Of a stretch of DNA of 64,000 nucleotides, positions 57,552 through 64,000 are shown piece after piece (the first letter of the stretch is position 1; each line of letters opens with the position of its first letter). Position numbers and translations under genes: made by a program. The notes under the pieces are model-generated. The model saw nothing but the letters and a program-made list of their open reading frames with translations. It was not told the origin of the DNA and made no database searches. Origin of the DNA: Terriglobia bacterium (lineage in GTDB: Bacteria > Acidobacteriota > Terriglobia > 20CM-2-55-15); the NCBI GenBank assembly GCA_965218085.1, contig CBDCKF010000001.1, positions 1,166,581 to 1,230,580 of the forward strand, given 5' to 3'.

Positions 57552-59207
57552 ATGTCTCCTGAACACGAAGTCATCGAGTTCGACGTTCTCGTCGTGGGCG
57601 GCGGACCCGCAGGGCTTGCCACTGCATATCACCTGAGACAACTGTTTGATCGGAGTGGACGGAAAAACGCTTCGATTGCAGTTCTCGAAAAAGGCAAAGA
57701 GATCGGAGCGCACATCATATCCGGAGCAGTATTCGATCCGCGCGGGATAGACGAACTCATGCCCGACTGGTTGGCGAAAGGCGCTCCGGTCGAAGCTAAG
57801 GTCGAAGAAGACCATGTTTATTATCTGACCCGGAACCGGAAACTGGGCCTGCCGATTATTCCTCCACCGCTTCGCAATGCGGGCAATTACATCATCTCGT
57901 TGAACAAGTTTGTCCGTTGGTTGGGCGAGGCTGTCGAAGACAGCGGTGTCGATATATTTGCGGGTTTTTCCGGATCAGGTTTACTGATCGAGAACGCACA
58001 GGTCGTTGGAGTCCGGACCGGAGACAAGGGTGTCGATCGGCGGGGACAAGCGAAAGGGAACTACGAGCCAGGTATCGACATACGCGCGAGATTGACCGTG
58101 TTGGCCGAAGGCGCTCGGGGATCGTTGACAAAACAGATCGTGGAGCGGTTTGGCTTGGATGTTGGCCGAAACCCGCAGGTCTACTCTGTGGGCGTGAAAG
58201 AAGTGTGGGAGGTTCCCGGGCAGGAAGAGCACCGGGGACGGGTCATTCACACCATGGGATTTCCGCTCTCGTCAAAAGAGTTTGGGGGCGGGTTCATCTA
58301 CAACATGGACCGAGGCCACGTGTCGCTAGGTCTCGTTGTGGGTCTCGACTACGAGGATCCGTATTTGGATCCTCATCGAAAGTTTCAGCAGTTCAAGGAA
58401 CATCCCCTCGTCAGGCGTGCGATCGAAGGCGGCCGGCTCCTTGGCTACGGCGCTAAAGCCATTCCTGAAGGTGGTTACTGGGCGATGCCTCAATGTTACT
58501 TTGCCGGCGGCATGATCGTGGGTGATTCAGGAGGGTTCCTCAATTCAATGCGGCTGAAGGGCGTCCACCTCGCGTTGAAGAGTGGAATGCTCGCTGCCAA
58601 CGCGGCGTTGGAAGCGGTTCAGTCCGATGAGTTCTCGGCATCTCGAATGCAGCGCTTCGAGGTTTTGGTCAAAGAAAGCTGGATCAAAGACGAACTATGG
58701 AAAGTGCGTAACTTTCACCAGGGGTTTAAGAAGGGACTGTGGGGAGGACTGCTTCACGCTGGTTTCCAGATGTTGACCCGAGGCCGGGGCCTTCGGAACC
58801 GCTATGGCAGTGAACCCGGACACGCGCGCCTGCGAAAGCTATCGGAGCGCCCCACCGTGAATGATCCGAACAGTGAATCGAAGTTCGATCAGGCGTTAAC
58901 GTTCGACAAGTTGACCGATGTCTACAACTCGGGAACCGCGCACGAAGAGGATCAGCCTGTTCACCTTGTGGTTCTAGAACCTGATCTGTGTCACACCCGC
59001 TGCACCGAGGAGTATGGAAACCCGTGCCAGTATTTCTGTCCGGCTGAGGTCTACAGCATGGAAATCAACGACGAAGGGTCGTCTCGGCTTGCGATCGCCG
59101 CGTCCAATTGTGTCCACTGCAAGAGCTGCGACATTATGGACCCCTATCAGATCATCGATTGGATCCCTCCCGAAGGGGGTGGTGGACCGGATTACAAAGG
59201 TTTGTAG
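57552..59207 (+). CDS. Electron transfer flavoprotein-quinone oxidoreductase
   Basis: GGGPAGL, HEEDQPVHL, FCPA.VY and NCVHCKSCDI 4Fe-4S tail. Confidence 0.93.
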   Translation: MSPEHEVIEFDVLVVGGGPAGLATAYHLRQLFDRSGRKNASIAVLEKGKEIGAHIISGAVFDPRGIDELMPDWLAKGAPVEAKVEEDHVYYLTRNRKLGLPIIPPPLRNAGNYIISLNKFVRWLGEAVEDSGVDIFAGFSGSGLLIENAQVVGVRTGDKGVDRRGQAKGNYEPGIDIRARLTVLAEGARGSLTKQIVERFGLDVGRNPQVYSVGVKEVWEVPGQEEHRGRVIHTMGFPLSSKEFGGGFIYNMDRGHVSLGLVVGLDYEDPYLDPHRKFQQFKEHPLVRRAIEGGRLLGYGAKAIPEGGYWAMPQCYFAGGMIVGDSGGFLNSMRLKGVHLALKSGMLAANAALEAVQSDEFSASRMQRFEVLVKESWIKDELWKVRNFHQGFKKGLWGGLLHAGFQMLTRGRGLRNRYGSEPGHARLRKLSERPTVNDPNSESKFDQALTFDKLTDVYNSGTAHEEDQPVHLVVLEPDLCHTRCTEEYGNPCQYFCPAEVYSMEINDEGSSRLAIAASNCVHCKSCDIMDPYQIIDWIPPEGGGGPDYKGL

Positions 59208-59252
59208 GGGGTGAGCCGGGGGGCTGACGGATGAGTGCGGGAAAGTCGAGAG

Positions 59253-59281
59253 AAGACACGACAGCGGGGCTGCCGTGTCTT
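59253..59281. terminator. Stem-loop between ETF-QO and the RRM pseudogene
   Basis: aagacacgacagc-ggg-gctgccgtgtctt; pairs fully (with G-U) on the minus strand. Confidence 0.5.
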
Positions 59282-59292
59282 AGGGAAACGTT

Positions 59293-59530
59293 TTAGTAGC
59301 GACCGCCTCCGCCGCCATCGCGCCTGATCTGAGGCTATGCTTCGTTAACGGTGAGTTCGCGACCGTCCAATTCGGTTGGGTTGAACCGGGCAATCGCCTT
59401 TGCGGAATTTTCATCGCTCATTTCCACAAAACAGAAGCTTCAGGAACCGCTGGTGTCACGGTCTGTAATGATCCGGACCGAATCAACCCAGAAAGGGAAG
59501 AAACGAACGGCTCTTTCTAGTTTTCGGATG
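59293..59530 (-). pseudogene. RRM RNA-binding protein (Rbp-like) pseudogene
   Basis: VDSVRIITDRDTSGS*SFCFVEMSD..AKAI..FN.TELDGRELTVNEA*PQ..RDGGGGGRY*; the 5' end is eroded. Confidence 0.82.
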
Positions 59531-59640
59531 GGTCGGCTTAGGCCAATGAGGATCTACCAGGGCTTGAACCTCGCAAATCGAGGAACAGCTACGGCATCCG
59601 CACCCGTTCCTTTAGCTCTTCAAACCAGTCTCACCCGAAG

Positions 59641-60645
59641 TCAGAATATCGCCAAGGGGTTCACCGGCGAACCACTCCCACCCTCCACCGGAAGCGGGGC
59701 CCAAGTGATCATGAACTCGTATCGATTCAGTTCTCTGGCAGTGAGAACGGCGCGTTCGAGGTCGAGACACTCCAGGATGTTGATCCCCATCCAGTGCAGC
59801 ACCGCTTCGTGGATCGGGCCTCCGCGAATACCCTGTTCCTCACCCCATCCCGGTCTTGGGGCCCAGTCGATGTTGAAGTCATGCGCGATGAAGGCAGGCT
59901 CCCGCTCCCGGATCCAAGGGACGGTATCGACGTAGTAACCCGGCACCTGATCACGCCAGGCGCCCATCTGCGCCCGCCGCTTCCAGCGTCCGACGTAGAG
60001 CACGACAACGTCTCCCGGGCCTGCCCGTACCCCAGACATTTCCTCCCAGGCTTCCAGATCCGCCCGCGTGATCGGCGTTCCGGGATCTATCCATTCGACT
60101 CCCTTCAGCTGCGGTATATCGTAAAGCACAGCGCGAGTCGTGACGCCGTCCTTCCAGTTCATCACGCCGCCTTCCTTGCATCCCTCTTCCTCGGTGATGT
60201 TGCCCTCGACAGGTATGCCGTTATACATTTCGCCGTCGAAGAAGCGGTGACACCAGGTGTCCATGTGCGCTACCGTGAGACCGTGGTAGCTCACCCGGTA
60301 GCTATCGCTGGTGCCGATCGGGCCGATCCGGTTGGTCGTCCGGTAGAAGAGCCCGTTTGCGTTCACATCAGCGGCCACCTCCTGGGGCACGGTGTGAGCC
60401 AGCGACACAACCAGGCCGTTCTCGACCAGATCCGCCGCGCTCTGGATTTTCTCGGGCGTGATCAGGTTCGTCATACCCTTTTGGTCCGCGGGTCCCCACC
60501 GACCCCAGTTCGTGAACTCCGTCTTCCAGCTGAGGAACTCCTCGGGCGTTACTGTACCGGGGTCCTGGGCCTGGCCCTGGACCGCAGCCAAAATCAAAGC
60601 ACCCACAAAGGCACCCAGAAAAACAAGACTTTTGATCCGATTCAT
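59641..60645 (-). CDS. Secreted cyclase (kynurenine formamidase-like) family protein
   Basis: NWGRWG..DQ.G..NLIT, HG...AHMD..CH and GSGSPVNPLAIF motifs. Confidence 0.9.
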   Translation of the reverse strand: MNRIKSLVFLGAFVGALILAAVQGQAQDPGTVTPEEFLSWKTEFTNWGRWGPADQKGMTNLITPEKIQSAADLVENGLVVSLAHTVPQEVAADVNANGLFYRTTNRIGPIGTSDSYRVSYHGLTVAHMDTWCHRFFDGEMYNGIPVEGNITEEEGCKEGGVMNWKDGVTTRAVLYDIPQLKGVEWIDPGTPITRADLEAWEEMSGVRAGPGDVVVLYVGRWKRRAQMGAWRDQVPGYYVDTVPWIREREPAFIAHDFNIDWAPRPGWGEEQGIRGGPIHEAVLHWMGINILECLDLERAVLTARELNRYEFMITWAPLPVEGGSGSPVNPLAIF

Positions 60646-60889
60646 TATTTGTTTCTCCTTGCTCAAGCTTCAATCGTTTCTGGGAAAGACGTTGTAGCGA
60701 TCACGGCACCGGCACCTTTTCCTTCAAGACTTCAAACCCGTTCAAGACGATGTTGATTTGGGGTGCGGATGGTTTGCCAGATTCGTTTGATCCCTCTCTC
60801 GGGACAACGAGGAAAGTTTGCCCGTCCGTCATGGTGTCGAAAGCCCTCAGCGCTGGTTTCGGAAAAGTATGTCGGGAAGCTGAGACCCG

Positions 60890-61384
60890 CTATCGCAGAT
60901 TCTCGGCTACTGCTTCCAAACCAGCCTGAACACACCTCGAATCTGCGCCCATACCTGCACCGGAAGCCCCGATACCTCCGATCACTTCCTCGCCGACACG
61001 GATCGGAAAACCGCCCTGCTGGCCCGCCATGTCGGGTAGCATCAATTGCAGTTGCGCGCCGATGTCACCGGCTTCCCAACGCTCGCCGAAAGTCGCAGAT
61101 GGCCGGCGAAACGTCATCGCGGAATAGGCCTTGCGGAAGCTGTTCGCGAAAGTGTGCACTCCGGCATTCTGACCGCGATAGGCTACGAGAGTATCCCCGG
61201 CCGCATCCACGACATGAACGGAAACGCTGAAACCCATTTCCGCGCAAGTTTGGGTTGTGACATCGGCCATTTGCTTGGCAAGCGCGACCGGGAGAACGTG
61301 ACGGACCGGTAACTGCGCCAAGGCCGGCAGTGCCCAAGCGCTGGCAAAAACGACTGCGGCAAGATGAAACACGAATTTTGTCAT
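60890..61384 (-). CDS. GlcG/HbpS-family heme-binding protein
   Basis: VVD.AG, KAYSA and GGFPI....VIGGIGASGA motifs; signal peptide. Confidence 0.88.
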   Translation of the reverse strand: MTKFVFHLAAVVFASAWALPALAQLPVRHVLPVALAKQMADVTTQTCAEMGFSVSVHVVDAAGDTLVAYRGQNAGVHTFANSFRKAYSAMTFRRPSATFGERWEAGDIGAQLQLMLPDMAGQQGGFPIRVGEEVIGGIGASGAGMGADSRCVQAGLEAVAENLR

Positions 61385-61682
61385 GATCCCCCCTTTTCAG
61401 ACGCGATTCACCGAGAATGTTGGATTTGGATCTACGGTTCGCACATCATATACGCTTTTTGAACGAAAGCACCGACCGGATCGAAGCGTTCCAATGGCCC
61501 GTCTCTGCTCTCCGGCGGTTTGTGCTGGGATCTCCCGTCGCTGCCTCCGGCGACTGCGCTCGGGTCCGCTACCCCACTCGACGAAGAAATTCGCCGCGGC
61601 GTAGTCGGCTAGGCGCAAAGGGACATTGCTCGGCTTAAATTTACGCAGTTATAAGTTATGGGCTTGACCGCCCCTAAGTCTT

Positions 61683-63380
61683 TCAGTCTTTGTCCTGCCA
61701 AGCCTTCGCACCCGGAAGCACTGGTTGAGCCTCCTGCTTGCCTACCACACCCGGCGTATCGAACCGTCGCCCCTCCAGAATCTCTGGGACCGTGAGTAGC
61801 TGCATCCGTGGATAGTAAACGCCGGATATGGTCACGTCGCCAGCGGTTGCCATCTCGCGCTTGAAGTTTCGCATCTTAGTCACGTTCAGCGGGTCCATGA
61901 TGATCAACCCTGCCATGCTTGCCTCTTCGCGCTCCAGCACCCCGCGTAGCTCGCGCACGACGTTGATGCCGACGTTCTTCCCACCCTTAACTTCGATAGC
62001 CATGCTCTCCAGTTGACGCCGCCGTGGAATCTCGAAGTACAGCCGTCCGTCGATCCCGCCGTCCGATGTTCGGCGCGTGGTCACAAACCCGTTCACCTGC
62101 TCGACTGCCCATTTTTGGAAGTGGTATTTATCCTTCGTCCAGAGATCGCGGGCACCTTCAAGGTTCTGAGGTACACCGTCAACGGTGAAATCCTTTCCTT
62201 CGACTAGCCCTAGACGATCCTGCAAGCGAATCTTGGCAACACGTTTGATCGCATGAATAGCGATGTCAATGCCGATCCAATGGCGGTTTAGGTTGTGTGC
62301 CGCTTCAAGCGTTGTGGCGCATCCGCAAAACGGATCGAACACTACGTCGCCCTCATCCGAACTGGCTTTGATGATCCGGTCCAGCAGGGCGAGGGGTTTT
62401 TGTGTGGCGTAACCCATTCGCTCCTTGGCCTGTGAATTGATCGGAGGGATATCGTTGATGACATCTTGTACAGGTTGTCCATCAGACAGGTGCAGCTTAA
62501 ACTCTGGTACGCCTTTTGTCCCGTCACTCTTCTCTGGAAATCTAATGTATCCGTGGTCATGCAAGAGATCCAACTGATCATGCAGTCTGTTAGGCACGTC
62601 CTCTCCCGCGTCTGACAATTCTTTGATGGCTCTGCCAGGAACGGCCCAATGGCGTCCAGAAGTAGTCGGGTTATAGCCTCTCCAAGGCCTTCCGGAATCA
62701 CCATGTGTTGCCCCTGGTCCAGTAAGAACGACCAGCCTGTAGCGACCCCTAGAATCGGAGTATCGGTATTTGTCGGTTAAGTACTTCTCGCTATGTTCTT
62801 GCAATACACGATTCCAATGGTACTTCTCAGACTTTCCGTAGAAAAGAATCGTGTCGTGAACATCACCCCACCGCTGTGATCCCCCGTGTGCAAACGTTCG
62901 CTTCCAGATGATCTCATTCCTGAAGTTTTGATGACCGAATACGGCGTCCATCATCGCTTTGATGTAATGGCTGGCCGTTGGGTCACAGTGCAAATAGATC
63001 GAGCCTGTCGGCTTCAGAATCACCTTCATCTGCAACAGACGCTCGACCATGTAGGAAAGGTATGCCAGCAAGCGCGGTTGCGTGTTCCTCAGTGCGTTCA
63101 TCCAAAGCTTCCAGAACTCTGCCACATCGTCATCTATGCCAGCTTCGCGCATCAGGACCGGCATTGTACGCAAGGCGCGTTCCCGTTCTTCGTCCAGGGT
63201 CCATAGGTCACAGAAGGCTTCAATCTGATCAGGCAGTGGTAGGCCCGTCTCCGTCTTGTAGATTGCGTTGTACTCGCGGTTCGAGTTGAAGGGCGGGTCA
63301 AGGTAGATCAGGTCCACCGACTGCGCCGCCATGTGATCGCGCATGACGGTAAGGCAGTCTCCATACCAAAGCTTGTTCAT
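61683..63380 (-). CDS. Beta-class N6/N4 DNA methyltransferase fused to an Mrr-like PD-(D/E)xK domain
   Basis: DLIYLDPPF precedes FDPFCGC.T; C-terminal DGGIDG...IEVKGG; the ATG overlaps the transposase stop (ATGA). Confidence 0.9.
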   Translation of the reverse strand: MNKLWYGDCLTVMRDHMAAQSVDLIYLDPPFNSNREYNAIYKTETGLPLPDQIEAFCDLWTLDEERERALRTMPVLMREAGIDDDVAEFWKLWMNALRNTQPRLLAYLSYMVERLLQMKVILKPTGSIYLHCDPTASHYIKAMMDAVFGHQNFRNEIIWKRTFAHGGSQRWGDVHDTILFYGKSEKYHWNRVLQEHSEKYLTDKYRYSDSRGRYRLVVLTGPGATHGDSGRPWRGYNPTTSGRHWAVPGRAIKELSDAGEDVPNRLHDQLDLLHDHGYIRFPEKSDGTKGVPEFKLHLSDGQPVQDVINDIPPINSQAKERMGYATQKPLALLDRIIKASSDEGDVVFDPFCGCATTLEAAHNLNRHWIGIDIAIHAIKRVAKIRLQDRLGLVEGKDFTVDGVPQNLEGARDLWTKDKYHFQKWAVEQVNGFVTTRRTSDGGIDGRLYFEIPRRRQLESMAIEVKGGKNVGINVVRELRGVLEREEASMAGLIIMDPLNVTKMRNFKREMATAGDVTISGVYYPRMQLLTVPEILEGRRFDTPGVVGKQEAQPVLPGAKAWQDKD

Positions 63381-64000
63381 GCGAAACACTCTCGCATGAA
63401 TGAACCGAAAGCGTCATCGTTTTTTCGGTTGTTGTACTTCCAGCAAGTCTCTGCGACGTAGAGCGATATGTACCGTTTGGAGTAGTGGTGGTGCGATCCG
63501 TACCACGCCCTCTTGATCAGGCTCCAGAAGCCCTCAATCGTGTTGGTGTGGGTCAGGCCATCTGCGTATGACACGCTGTGGTTTATGACGGCATGACGCA
63601 CGATGGGCCGCAATGCGCGGTACGCCTTGTATTCGTCGGTGATCAGCAGTGAACTGTCAGTATCGACAAAGCTCTTGATGAATTTCAGAACACCCTTGCC
63701 GGTAAGATCGTCGGCCACACGTGCAATCACATTTCCACCGCGCTCTACAACACCGATAACCGGAGTCTTGGCTGTGGCCCGTCCACGACCTGAAGGCGTA
63801 TCATCGTCGCGCCGGTTGCCCTTGCGCGGACGCCCACCAACATAGGTCTCGTCCGCTTCCACGATCCCTTGCAAGACGGTTCCCCGATCGGTAGCCATTT
63901 CAGCGCGGATACGATGCAGGATATAAAGAGCGGTCGGCTGTGTGATTTCCAAGTCTCGTGCAAGCTGGCAACTGGACAAGCTCTTCTTGGCGTTGATCAC
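63377..64000 (-). CDS. IS1595-family transposase (5'-partial)
   Basis: VEADETYVGG, ITDE...Y, INHS, HTNTIEGFWS..KR and Y..E...KYN motifs. Confidence 0.95.
   Translation of the reverse strand: MINAKKSLSSCQLARDLEITQPTALYILHRIRAEMATDRGTVLQGIVEADETYVGGRPRKGNRRDDDTPSGRGRATAKTPVIGVVERGGNVIARVADDLTGKGVLKFIKSFVDTDSSLLITDEYKAYRALRPIVRHAVINHSVSYADGLTHTNTIEGFWSLIKRAWYGSHHHYSKRYISLYVAETCWKYNNRKNDDAFGSFMRECFA

Noticed and set aside
59351-59935. 194-aa plus-strand ORF
   Set aside because: It is antisense to the cyclase-family gene and the RRM pseudogene.
48297-60756. Antisense ORFs 48297-49328, 52898-53968, 55351-56133 and 59794-60756
   Set aside because: They lie opposite clearly identified genes.
1-64000. 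CRISPR array or cas genes
   Set aside because: No regularly spaced repeat-spacer series and no cas-like ORF were seen; the repeats are dispersed or short tandem ones.

Overview
A ~58% GC bacterial chromosome segment, most consistent with Acidobacteriota (Oar-type TonB-dependent receptor, futalosine-pathway mqnE, stand-alone Fis-like HTH; the taxonomy is inference). Housekeeping genes (thiO, mqnE, moeB, dinB, smc, purC, nadA, apt, rpmF-plsX-fabD-acpP-fabF, ETF-QO) are interspersed with much mobile DNA. There are four complete IS elements (IS5, IS1182, IS256, IS4) and a partial IS1595 transposase translationally coupled to a methyltransferase-nuclease gene. There are three families of non-coding miniature inverted-repeat elements (8 copies). 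A tRNA-Arg(CCT) carries two tandem integrase-less islands, the first containing integron attC-like sites. Several unannotated pseudogenes are present (adenylate cyclase, RRM protein, PD40 fragment). The strongest unexplained signal is a 5-copy ~280-bp element (family A). Its internal multi-hairpin core is better conserved than its IS630-like ends, its two termini change in concert from copy to copy, it is co-oriented with host transcription, and other elements repeatedly insert at its ends. No CRISPR array was seen. All alignments and folds were done by eye.
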